Positions 46,640 to 55,944 of a stretch of 64,000 nt of DNA are shown here, piece after piece; within the stretch, counting starts at the first letter, position 1; each line of letters starts with the position of its first letter. The stretch is taken from NCBI GenBank assembly GCA_965204535.1, contig OZ241996.1, forward strand, positions 852,335 to 916,334. Reading direction: 5' to 3'. The position numbers and the translations under genes are program-made. The notes beneath the pieces are model-generated. The model saw only the letters and a list, made by a program, of their open reading frames with translations, was not told the origin of the DNA and ran no database searches. Origin of the DNA: a bacterium. GTDB taxonomy: Bacteria; UBA8248.

Positions 46640-47373
46640 TCAAAGGTCACTCGCATTTAATGGCTTCGTCAATTCGTTCATTGAACTGCGAAAGTGCGCA
46701 AGTAGCATCATCCTGTTCTTCACGAATGTATTTTTTCTACACATTACCCAATATTCAAGAGCACTAATATAGGAATATTCTGGTGTGTACAAAAATATTG
46801 ACATACTTATGTGCAGATGTGAGGAGCGGTGCTCCCGAAACAGGAAGGGAAAATCTTGAATGGGCACCTCAAGAATCTTGCTTTAGCCATAATGCTAGTC
46901 TCACCGATGCAAAAAGTAATTTCAGTTCTGAATACGGGGAAATATGGAACTGTCGCCTGGTCCTTGACGCTCGTTCTGGTTTGTTTCTAGTGTTGACGTT
47001 TCCTGTGGATTCGAATTGATTTGCAAATCATGCTGAAGAGGTAATCTCAAACATATTGAAAGAATCTATCAAAACGGCGAACTATCAAGAATTCCGTTCT
47101 AGGCCGCCAAATTCAATTAATTCAGAATTATTGTGCCATCGATTCAACGCTTGAAATTTACCATCCCGATGTTGAATAGTTTCCTGATTTAGGAAAAATA
47201 AACCCTGCCTACCCACGTATATAATTCCATAATCAACCGCCAATAAGGACATTGAAACATATATAAACCCGGGAATAACTGGAAATGCAGCGTCCAAAGT
47301 ATGATGATTGGATCTGTATGGTCGGCTGAGGAAATGGCTCTATCCAGCATCAACAGACAAGAGAGGAATCTAA

Positions 47374-47727
47374 ATGAAACGAGATATGGAACTTGTCAGG
47401 AAAATTCTCCAGCACGCAGAGGCGGACGAGGATGGAGACATAAGCCTATCGAATATTGATGCTGGGCACTCGATCGATGAAATTGAATTACACGTTGAAC
47501 TCATGGCGGAAGCGGGACTTGTGGATGCTACGATAACTCACGGAATGGATGGGCCCGGGCACTCAATCATTTTTTGCAAAGTGAACAGGTTGACGTGGGA
47601 TGGACACGAGTTTCTTGAGGCTTCGCGCAAAGATACTCGTTGGAATCTAGCGAAGAAGATGTGCATAGAGCAAACAGGAGGCCTTTCGCTCAGCATCTTG
47701 AAAGAAATATTAAAGCAAATTCTTTAG
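47374..47727 (+). CDS. DUF2513 domain protein
   Basis: MKRDMELVRKILQHAE...LTWDGHEFLEASRKDTRWNLAKK matches the DUF2513 signature as I recall it. Confidence 0.75.
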   Translation: MKRDMELVRKILQHAEADEDGDISLSNIDAGHSIDEIELHVELMAEAGLVDATITHGMDGPGHSIIFCKVNRLTWDGHEFLEASRKDTRWNLAKKMCIEQTGGLSLSILKEILKQIL

Positions 47728-48061
47728 GCGCGGAAAGGACAGGAACGCAATACATTGGAAGGGAGTTGATAGGACCGGAACGGGTAGCACCTAGGGGATG
47801 CAGAAATCCTTGAGCGCTTTTCGAGGGAAATCAGTCACAGCCTTCCCTTATTATCATTGCGGTGCTCTCTAGTATTACAGCGATCCCTTACGCTTCGGAT
47901 TGCAGGCAAGCTATTTTTTCTTTTGTCTCTCAGGGCGTTATTCATTTTACCGATTCCAAGGACCTGCTCTTCTCTGATCACCTCTGCGCCCTCCCAGTAG
48001 CCATGGGCGGGTACTTCTAGGGAGAATATTTTAAACCGCTCACGGTAAGGAGGAAGAAATT

Positions 48062-48265
48062 TTGCTAAAAAAAGATGCCGAGCGACAAATCAAAAACGCA
48101 GCGCGAAATTGGATAAGGGACAATCCCAAAGAGGCAGATAACCCCATGGCGCCACTTACTTTTTATACATACCTAGAGAACGAACATCGTGATTTACTGA
48201 AATTCCGTTGCAAGGGAAGTAAGTATCAGACCATTAGTGGATGGTTTAGCAATGCTAAAAAATAA
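48062..48265 (+). CDS. small hypothetical protein (67 aa)
   Basis: TTG start preceded by AAGGAGGAAG. No motif recognised. Confidence 0.4.
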   Translation: MLKKDAERQIKNAARNWIRDNPKEADNPMAPLTFYTYLENEHRDLLKFRCKGSKYQTISGWFSNAKK

Positions 48266-48585
48266 CTAGTTCCTCTAGCTAGAGATATAGTTGCCCATGA
48301 ACCTCGTATGTGGACGCGCCAGTTGATGCAAACATGTCGCCTGAAATTTCGGGGCAGTGAATAGTCGCAGTCGTATAATGGTCCGATGTGAATTAAACAG
48401 TGGGGTGAGCGCGGCTTAAAAAGCATCAGCTCAAACCGACTAAGCCACACAAAATCAATAAATGCCTCCGGCATTAGGGACAATATCACCACGTGACCGA
48501 ATGATTACCGACAGTCGTAAGCGTTCGGGCGGGCCGTGATGGTAGTGCCTTGAAGCAGTAGTTCGGGCCGGAATGGGGGATGATT

Positions 48586-49458
48586 TTACCGGTTGAGGAC
48601 TTGCTTCCAGTTTCTGCGCAACGGTCGTAGCCAGATGTCCTTTTTCGGTTGGTCTCGTTTCGTGTATCTGTCGTAGCGTCCACGCCCCTGGGTCATACCG
48701 ACGTGAATCCACCCCGATGCCCTGTAGACGGCGCCGGTGTAGCGCGGCGTCTCGACGAAGGTCTCGACGAGGACGGGTGTCGTGCCATAGCGCTCGGTCC
48801 AGTCCTCGGGCAGGCGCCTGCGGATGATGGCGAGGAGGTGTGAGCCGAGGTTGAGGATCCTGATCCATGGCAGGATGAGGAACCTCGGGTTGTCGACCAC
48901 GAGGGGGAGGTTCTTCTCGCGCAGCTGCGGCGTCCAGCCGATGAAGCTGTCGCGCGGGGCGAGCTTCCACGCGGCGGTGGAGAAGCCGAGCATGGCGAGG
49001 GGCCTGCCGCCCCGGTCGTGGACGGCGTAGCGCATCTGCGCGCCGACGAGGGTCTTGTAGCCGAGGTAGTGGTAGCGGGCGACGAACTCGTTCCAGAGCC
49101 TGCCCTCGCGGGTTCCGCGCACGGCGACGCGCATATCGAGGGGGCGGACTTCGTCGAGGGTCTCAGGCGCCGGGATGAGGGGAGGTTCGGTGTCGGGTCC
49201 GAAGACGATCGGCCCGGGCCGGTTCTGGCGCCACTTCGGTGGGGGCAGCGTGATCAGGCCGTCCTTGTGCATGGCCAGCATAGTCACCCGGGCCATCATG
49301 TCCTTGAGTCCGCCGTCGGGCTTGTACCAGCCGATTCGGCGGCAGAACTCCTTCGATAGCGCATGGCGGTTGAGCGCAGGTGGACCTGCGATCAGTTCGC
49401 GCAGCAGCGCCATCTCTTCCGTCGTGAAGTCGCGTCCGTGGTAGCGGCACTCGGTCAC
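48586..49458 (-). CDS. DUF4338 domain protein (DruA-like domain) carried inside the IS
   Basis: The 290-aa product has the C-terminal motif RYTGAVYRASGWIHVGMTQGRGRYDR, as I recall for DUF4338. It starts 4 nt after the transposase stop. Confidence 0.6.
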   Translation of the reverse strand: MTECRYHGRDFTTEEMALLRELIAGPPALNRHALSKEFCRRIGWYKPDGGLKDMMARVTMLAMHKDGLITLPPPKWRQNRPGPIVFGPDTEPPLIPAPETLDEVRPLDMRVAVRGTREGRLWNEFVARYHYLGYKTLVGAQMRYAVHDRGGRPLAMLGFSTAAWKLAPRDSFIGWTPQLREKNLPLVVDNPRFLILPWIRILNLGSHLLAIIRRRLPEDWTERYGTTPVLVETFVETPRYTGAVYRASGWIHVGMTQGRGRYDRYTKRDQPKKDIWLRPLRRNWKQVLNR

Positions 49459-49462
49459 GGCG

Positions 49463-51817
49463 TCATCCCGGCGCCGTGAGGGCGCGCCTGCGCTCCGTGC
49501 TCATCGACCAGGGCAGCCACGCGGAGAGGTCCCCGGGCGCCCGGCCGCCGTTCTCCGCGCAGGCCGTGAGCCATGCCTCCAGCCAGCGGAGCGGGTCGAC
49601 CCCGTTCGACGCGAGGGTTCCGAGGACCGAGTACATCATCGCCGTAAACCTGGCGCCGGCCTCGCTGTCGGAGCCGAACGAGAGCCGCCTGCCGATCACA
49701 GGGCCCCGAAGCGCACGTTCGCTGGCGTTGTTATCCATCGGCACCGAGGGGCGTTCGATGAAGACGCTCAGCCCCTCGCGGTGGTTCAGCAGCGAGCGAA
49801 GCGCCTTGCCCTCGCGCGCCTGCGCGGGCAGAGCGGCCATCTCCCGTCGGGCCTGCGCGAACAGGTCCTTGAGCGCCTTCTTCAATTCGTCGTGCGCCGC
49901 GTCGAACGCCGCATCCTGGCGTTCGACGCCCGGGTCGTAACTGGCCAGGCGCGCCTCGTTCAGGCGGTAAAGCAAGGCAATCCGCTCGATCCATCTCTCG
50001 CACCACGGCGTCAGCCGCTCATCGCCGGCGGCGCAGTGGATATAATCGCGCCGGACGTGACTCCAGCACCATGCGAGAGTCACCAGACCCCCGGGAATGC
50101 GCGCCAGCTTCTTGTAGGCGCTGTAGCGGTCGCAGACGATGACCGTATGGGAGCCGGCCGCGCCGAACAGCTTCATCGCGACCTCAGCACTCCGCGAGGG
50201 GTCGACGTGGAAGTAGACGGAGTCTGCGCTGACCGAGGTCCACAGCCAGGCGCGGCTCGAGCGTCCTTGTTCGCGAAGCGACTGAACGCGCCACGTCGTC
50301 TCGTCCCCGTGACGCACCGCCGCTTCGTTCTGGCGGTCGAGGATCGCCGCAGCCAGCGGCTCGAAGAGCGGCGTGAAGCGGTGCGTGCTGTCGCCCAGTG
50401 TGCCTGCAGAGACCGGAAGCCCCTGGTCGGAGAGCCACGCGGCGACCCGGCGCAGCGGGCGGAAGCAGGCGTAGCGCTCGAACAGGAAGCGCGCCCACAC
50501 GCTCGTCCCGTAAGGCGTGCCCGCGAACAGGCGCGGCGCGGCGGGCGCCGACACTTCCACCGGAGACGACGCGCACGCGCATCTCCTGCGCCATCTCGGA
50601 CGGCGGATGACGCGCTTGTGGGCCGAGACTTCGATCTCGAAGATGGAGGAGACCTCGGCGCCATTGGCCACGTAGGGCTTCCCGCAACCGGCGCAGACGC
50701 GCGCACCGGCCGGCGGGTTGCGAACTTCGGTCCTCTCATCGAGCGCGGGCCGCGGGGTGCGGCCATGACCGGCGGCGCCGGGTTGCCGGCCGCGCCTGCG
50801 CTCCGAGCGCGGCCTCTCCTGCCGTTCGCTCTTGCGCCCGAACAGTCTTCTCGCCAGCACCGCTCCGGTGGCGCGAAGCTTCGCGAGATCGGCCTCCAGC
50901 CGCGCCCGGATGGTCTCTGACTTGCGGAGCGCCCTGCGAAGACGCCCGTTCTCCCTCGACAGCGACCTGAGCGCCGTCTTCTGGCGCCGCGACCTCCCCA
51001 GGGCCTTGCGCAGTTCCTCATCTGCACGAGACGGCGACTTCGAGCGCGCCGCCTCGAGAGCGCGCAGCAACCGCGCCTTCAGCCGTTCGGTCGCAATGCC
51101 TACGGCCCCCAGGGAGACTTCAAGACGGTAGACCTCCGCAGACAGCGACTCGACCACCTCCGCCTGGTCGCGCAATCGCCTCAACTTCCTGTAGAGCCCG
51201 ATGGCCTCCTCGTCCAGGCTCCGAATGGTCTCCTTGTCGGTCGCCGACTTCTGCTTCTCCAGGGCCAGACGATCTTCGAGCCGGGCAACTTCCTTCTCCC
51301 GCCGGCCGACCTCCTTGCGCAGGGCATGAATCGTCTCCTTGCGCTCCTCCAGGGCCTTGCGCAGCCGCCCCGCCTCCCCCGGCGACGGCACGCCCGAGAG
51401 CTCCTTGCGAAGCCGGACGACCTCCATGCGCAGCGACATGAGCGGGCTGCGCTTGCGCGGATCGACCCCCGCCTCCGCAAGCAGCTTCTCCAGCCGCGCC
51501 ACTTCCGCCTTGAGCGACAGCGCGTCCTTCGCCGCGCGGCGGGCTTCCTTCGCCTCCCCGGCGGCCGCCTCGAGCTTCTTCCGGCTGGCGTCGAGATGCC
51601 GCTTCAGCTTGCCCGCACGGGAGCGGGAATCCACTTCCGCCCAACGCAACTCCTCGCAGCGCGCCTCCGCCGCCTCCGCGCGCGCACGCTCGCGCTCGTA
51701 CAGCGAACGCCAGTACGCCTCTGCGGTTGTGGACAACCCGGGGGAATGAGGCCATGGCTCATCCGGCCTCTCGGCCAACGCCAACTCCGTCTCGACAGCT
51801 TCTGCGCGAATCTTCAT
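49463..51817 (-). CDS. IS66-family transposase (TnpC-like) with an unusually long N-terminal coiled coil
   Basis: Features are the Zn finger CAGCGKPY, DDE region motifs HGDETTWRV, VCDRYSAYK and CWSHVRRDY, plus DNNASERALR and the C-terminal VDPLRWLEAWL. About 380 aa of Arg/Glu/Leu-rich heptad-like sequence precede these. Confidence 0.85.
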   Translation of the reverse strand: MKIRAEAVETELALAERPDEPWPHSPGLSTTAEAYWRSLYERERARAEAAEARCEELRWAEVDSRSRAGKLKRHLDASRKKLEAAAGEAKEARRAAKDALSLKAEVARLEKLLAEAGVDPRKRSPLMSLRMEVVRLRKELSGVPSPGEAGRLRKALEERKETIHALRKEVGRREKEVARLEDRLALEKQKSATDKETIRSLDEEAIGLYRKLRRLRDQAEVVESLSAEVYRLEVSLGAVGIATERLKARLLRALEAARSKSPSRADEELRKALGRSRRQKTALRSLSRENGRLRRALRKSETIRARLEADLAKLRATGAVLARRLFGRKSERQERPRSERRRGRQPGAAGHGRTPRPALDERTEVRNPPAGARVCAGCGKPYVANGAEVSSIFEIEVSAHKRVIRRPRWRRRCACASSPVEVSAPAAPRLFAGTPYGTSVWARFLFERYACFRPLRRVAAWLSDQGLPVSAGTLGDSTHRFTPLFEPLAAAILDRQNEAAVRHGDETTWRVQSLREQGRSSRAWLWTSVSADSVYFHVDPSRSAEVAMKLFGAAGSHTVIVCDRYSAYKKLARIPGGLVTLAWCWSHVRRDYIHCAAGDERLTPWCERWIERIALLYRLNEARLASYDPGVERQDAAFDAAHDELKKALKDLFAQARREMAALPAQAREGKALRSLLNHREGLSVFIERPSVPMDNNASERALRGPVIGRRLSFGSDSEAGARFTAMMYSVLGTLASNGVDPLRWLEAWLTACAENGGRAPGDLSAWLPWSMSTERRRALTAPG

Positions 51818-51929
51818 GCCGACATCATTAGCACATGTCGAATCGCGTTACCAGTCGCCCGGGAAAATTCTATCCGATGGAGGCGATGCGCCCGGCGCCG
51901 GGTCCATCACGGCCCGCCCGAACGCTTAC

Positions 51930-51937
51930 CGACAGTC
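51930..51937. repeat. 8-bp spacer cgacagtc between the two IS66 copies, identical to the outer flanking repeats
   Basis: cgacagtc occurs at 48509-48516, 51930-51937 and 55351-55358. IS66-family elements make 8-bp target duplications. Confidence 0.9.
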
Positions 51938-52006
51938 GTAAGCGTTCGGGCGGGCCGTGATGGTAGTGCCTTGAAGCAGTAGTTCGGGCCGGAATGGGGG
52001 ATGATT

Positions 52007-52879
52007 TTACCGGTTGAGGACTTGCTTCCAGTTTCTGCGCAACGGTCGTAGCCAGATGTCCTTTTTCGGTTGGTCTCGTTTCGTGTATCTGTCGTAGCGT
52101 CCACGCCCCTGGGTCATACCGACGTGAATCCACCCCGATGCCCTGTAGACGGCGCCGGTGTAGCGCGGCGTCTCGACGAAGGTCTCGACGAGGACGGGTG
52201 TCGTGCCATAGCGCTCGGTCCAGTCCTCGGGCAGGCGCCTGCGGATGATGGCGAGGAGGTGTGAGCCGAGGTTGAGGATCCTGATCCATGGCAGGATGAG
52301 GAACCTCGGGTTGTCGACCACGAGGGGGAGGTTCTTCTCGCGCAGCTGCGGCGTCCAGCCGATGAAGCTGTCGCGCGGGGCGAGCTTCCACGCGGCGGTG
52401 GAGAAGCCGAGCATGGCGAGGGGCCTGCCGCCCCGGTCGTGGACGGCGTAGCGCATCTGCGCGCCGACGAGGGTCTTGTAGCCGAGGTAGTGGTAGCGGG
52501 CGACGAACTCGTTCCAGAGCCTGCCCTCGCGGGTTCCGCGCACGGCGACGCGCATATCGAGGGGGCGGACTTCGTCGAGGGTCTCAGGCGCCGGGATGAG
52601 GGGAGGTTCGGTGTCGGGTCCGAAGACGATCGGCCCGGGCCGGTTCTGGCGCCACTTCGGTGGGGGCAGCGTGATCAGGCCGTCCTTGTGCATGGCCAGC
52701 ATAGTCACCCGGGCCATCATGTCCTTGAGTCCGCCGTCGGGCTTGTACCAGCCGATTCGGCGGCAGAACTCCTTCGATAGCGCATGGCGGTTGAGCGCAG
52801 GTGGACCTGCGATCAGTTCGCGCAGCAGCGCCATCTCTTCCGTCGTGAAGTCGCGTCCGTGGTAGCGGCACTCGGTCAC
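52007..52879 (-). CDS. DUF4338 domain protein (copy 2)
   Basis: Translation is identical to 48586-49458. Confidence 0.6.
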   Translation of the reverse strand: MTECRYHGRDFTTEEMALLRELIAGPPALNRHALSKEFCRRIGWYKPDGGLKDMMARVTMLAMHKDGLITLPPPKWRQNRPGPIVFGPDTEPPLIPAPETLDEVRPLDMRVAVRGTREGRLWNEFVARYHYLGYKTLVGAQMRYAVHDRGGRPLAMLGFSTAAWKLAPRDSFIGWTPQLREKNLPLVVDNPRFLILPWIRILNLGSHLLAIIRRRLPEDWTERYGTTPVLVETFVETPRYTGAVYRASGWIHVGMTQGRGRYDRYTKRDQPKKDIWLRPLRRNWKQVLNR

Positions 52880-52883
52880 GGCG

Positions 52884-55238
52884 TCATCCCGGCGCCGTGA
52901 GGGCGCGCCTGCGCTCCGTGCTCATCGACCAGGGCAGCCACGCGGAGAGGTCCCCGGGCGCCCGGCCGCCGTTCTCCGCGCAGGCCGTGAGCCATGCCTC
53001 CAGCCAGCGGAGCGGGTCGACCCCGTTCGACGCGAGGGTTCCGAGGACCGAGTACATCATCGCCGTAAACCTGGCGCCGGCCTCGCTGTCGGAGCCGAAC
53101 GAGAGCCGCCTGCCGATCACAGGGCCCCGAAGCGCACGTTCGCTGGCGTTGTTATCCATCGGCACCGAGGGGCGTTCGATGAAGACGCTCAGCCCCTCGC
53201 GGTGGTTCAGCAGCGAGCGAAGCGCCTTGCCCTCGCGCGCCTGCGCGGGCAGAGCGGCCATCTCCCGTCGGGCCTGCGCGAACAGGTCCTTGAGCGCCTT
53301 CTTCAATTCGTCGTGCGCCGCGTCGAACGCCGCATCCTGGCGTTCGACGCCCGGGTCGTAACTGGCCAGGCGCGCCTCGTTCAGGCGGTAAAGCAAGGCA
53401 ATCCGCTCGATCCATCTCTCGCACCACGGCGTCAGCCGCTCATCGCCGGCGGCGCAGTGGATATAATCGCGCCGGACGTGACTCCAGCACCATGCGAGAG
53501 TCACCAGACCCCCGGGAATGCGCGCCAGCTTCTTGTAGGCGCTGTAGCGGTCGCAGACGATGACCGTATGGGAGCCGGCCGCGCCGAACAGCTTCATCGC
53601 GACCTCAGCACTCCGCGAGGGGTCGACGTGGAAGTAGACGGAGTCTGCGCTGACCGAGGTCCACAGCCAGGCGCGGCTCGAGCGTCCTTGTTCGCGAAGC
53701 GACTGAACGCGCCACGTCGTCTCGTCCCCGTGACGCACCGCCGCTTCGTTCTGGCGGTCGAGGATCGCCGCAGCCAGCGGCTCGAAGAGCGGCGTGAAGC
53801 GGTGCGTGCTGTCGCCCAGTGTGCCTGCAGAGACCGGAAGCCCCTGGTCGGAGAGCCACGCGGCGACCCGGCGCAGCGGGCGGAAGCAGGCGTAGCGCTC
53901 GAACAGGAAGCGCGCCCACACGCTCGTCCCGTAAGGCGTGCCCGCGAACAGGCGCGGCGCGGCGGGCGCCGACACTTCCACCGGAGACGACGCGCACGCG
54001 CATCTCCTGCGCCATCTCGGACGGCGGATGACGCGCTTGTGGGCCGAGACTTCGATCTCGAAGATGGAGGAGACCTCGGCGCCATTGGCCACGTAGGGCT
54101 TCCCGCAACCGGCGCAGACGCGCGCACCGGCCGGCGGGTTGCGAACTTCGGTCCTCTCATCGAGCGCGGGCCGCGGGGTGCGGCCATGACCGGCGGCGCC
54201 GGGTTGCCGGCCGCGCCTGCGCTCCGAGCGCGGCCTCTCCTGCCGTTCGCTCTTGCGCCCGAACAGTCTTCTCGCCAGCACCGCTCCGGTGGCGCGAAGC
54301 TTCGCGAGATCGGCCTCCAGCCGCGCCCGGATGGTCTCTGACTTGCGGAGCGCCCTGCGAAGACGCCCGTTCTCCCTCGACAGCGACCTGAGCGCCGTCT
54401 TCTGGCGCCGCGACCTCCCCAGGGCCTTGCGCAGTTCCTCATCTGCACGAGACGGCGACTTCGAGCGCGCCGCCTCGAGAGCGCGCAGCAACCGCGCCTT
54501 CAGCCGTTCGGTCGCAATGCCTACGGCCCCCAGGGAGACTTCAAGACGGTAGACCTCCGCAGACAGCGACTCGACCACCTCCGCCTGGTCGCGCAATCGC
54601 CTCAACTTCCTGTAGAGCCCGATGGCCTCCTCGTCCAGGCTCCGAATGGTCTCCTTGTCGGTCGCCGACTTCTGCTTCTCCAGGGCCAGACGATCTTCGA
54701 GCCGGGCAACTTCCTTCTCCCGCCGGCCGACCTCCTTGCGCAGGGCATGAATCGTCTCCTTGCGCTCCTCCAGGGCCTTGCGCAGCCGCCCCGCCTCCCC
54801 CGGCGACGGCACGCCCGAGAGCTCCTTGCGAAGCCGGACGACCTCCATGCGCAGCGACATGAGCGGGCTGCGCTTGCGCGGATCGACCCCCGCCTCCGCA
54901 AGCAGCTTCTCCAGCCGCGCCACTTCCGCCTTGAGCGACAGCGCGTCCTTCGCCGCGCGGCGGGCTTCCTTCGCCTCCCCGGCGGCCGCCTCGAGCTTCT
55001 TCCGGCTGGCGTCGAGATGCCGCTTCAGCTTGCCCGCACGGGAGCGGGAATCCACTTCCGCCCAACGCAACTCCTCGCAGCGCGCCTCCGCCGCCTCCGC
55101 GCGCGCACGCTCGCGCTCGTACAGCGAACGCCAGTACGCCTCTGCGGTTGTGGACAACCCGGGGGAATGAGGCCATGGCTCATCCGGCCTCTCGGCCAAC
55201 GCCAACTCCGTCTCGACAGCTTCTGCGCGAATCTTCAT
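52884..55238 (-). CDS. IS66-family transposase (copy 2)
   Basis: Translation is identical to 49463-51817. Confidence 0.85.
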   Translation of the reverse strand: MKIRAEAVETELALAERPDEPWPHSPGLSTTAEAYWRSLYERERARAEAAEARCEELRWAEVDSRSRAGKLKRHLDASRKKLEAAAGEAKEARRAAKDALSLKAEVARLEKLLAEAGVDPRKRSPLMSLRMEVVRLRKELSGVPSPGEAGRLRKALEERKETIHALRKEVGRREKEVARLEDRLALEKQKSATDKETIRSLDEEAIGLYRKLRRLRDQAEVVESLSAEVYRLEVSLGAVGIATERLKARLLRALEAARSKSPSRADEELRKALGRSRRQKTALRSLSRENGRLRRALRKSETIRARLEADLAKLRATGAVLARRLFGRKSERQERPRSERRRGRQPGAAGHGRTPRPALDERTEVRNPPAGARVCAGCGKPYVANGAEVSSIFEIEVSAHKRVIRRPRWRRRCACASSPVEVSAPAAPRLFAGTPYGTSVWARFLFERYACFRPLRRVAAWLSDQGLPVSAGTLGDSTHRFTPLFEPLAAAILDRQNEAAVRHGDETTWRVQSLREQGRSSRAWLWTSVSADSVYFHVDPSRSAEVAMKLFGAAGSHTVIVCDRYSAYKKLARIPGGLVTLAWCWSHVRRDYIHCAAGDERLTPWCERWIERIALLYRLNEARLASYDPGVERQDAAFDAAHDELKKALKDLFAQARREMAALPAQAREGKALRSLLNHREGLSVFIERPSVPMDNNASERALRGPVIGRRLSFGSDSEAGARFTAMMYSVLGTLASNGVDPLRWLEAWLTACAENGGRAPGDLSAWLPWSMSTERRRALTAPG

Positions 55239-55775
55239 GCCGACATCATTAGCACATGTCGAATCGCGTTACCAGTCGCCCGGGAAAATTCTATCCGATG
55301 GAGGCGATGCGCCCGGCGCCGGGTCCATCACGGCCCGCCCGAACGCTTACCGACAGTCACACTCAGGGATACGCAGACGTTAGATTTTCCTTGTTTCCGT
55401 TTTGATTACTTTCTGTAGTAGACGACTTCGAGACGAGATAGAGGATAATGAATCTTTCTCAATGATATCAATACGATAGAAATATTTTACAGCCACCGGA
55501 AATCCCCCACTGCCTGAAAACACGCGAAAGACTGGTGAATCAAGGAACTGAGCGTCCGGGCTAGCCTACACCCGATGTAGAAAACCCATAATCCAAGTAC
55601 AAACCTAAAAAAGCTAGCAGCAAACCCGTGGCCAAGGCGAATGTGACCTAGACGAAGATGAGCGACCTTCCAAAGATAGCAGGGCGCTAGTCTTTAGGAA
55701 TAGACAGGTTCTGGTTACGTCCTTTAGCGGGCAAGAAAACACAATACAGTCGCTTTTCACATTCAAGACGTAAAA

Positions 55776-55812
55776 AACGCCCCGACAGCATTTGCGGGGG
55801 CGTTTATTCTTT
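55776..55812. terminator. hairpin with flanking A/T runs (possible bidirectional terminator)
   Basis: aacgccccg / cgggggcgtt forms a stem with one bulge. aaaaaa lies 5' and ttattctttt lies 3'. It is about 140 nt downstream of the gene ending at 55945. Confidence 0.4.
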
Positions 55813-55944
55813 TGGAGATGTTTGTCTAACTTTGGCTTCCGTCCACGCTTTTGAACTAAACATGTGTAGTCTTTTTCCACAACGGCGATGTACGCTAATT
55901 TCGAGATCCGTTGGCAACAAAGGAGCAACCCCGAAAATTATATC

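Larger units (their letters stand above)
48517..51929 (-). mobile_element. IS66-family element, copy 1 (3413 bp)
   Basis: It has 26-bp perfect terminal inverted repeats: gtaagcgttcgggcgggccgtgatgg (48517-48542) and its complement (51904-51929). The GTAAGCG terminus is typical of IS66. It is flanked by cgacagtc on both sides. Confidence 0.85.
51938..55350 (-). mobile_element. IS66-family element, copy 2 (direct tandem repeat of copy 1; period 3421 bp)
   Basis: All ORF translations in the track are identical to those of copy 1. The same inverted repeats are present. Confidence 0.85.

Noticed and set aside
47007-47017. ggattcgaatt, a T-loop-like string checked as a possible tRNA or att site
   Set aside because: I could not build acceptor, D or anticodon arms around it. 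I recognised no tRNA anywhere in the window by eye; a tRNAscan run would be decisive.
49781-51982. Numerous ORFs inside the IS66 copies (for example 49781-50920 +, 50173-51027 -, 51120-51755 -, 51326-51982 +, and their copy-2 equivalents)
   Set aside because: All overlap the transposase frame, which carries the IS66 motifs. Their translations are low-complexity. 51326-51982 only appears long because it reads across the IS-IS junction.
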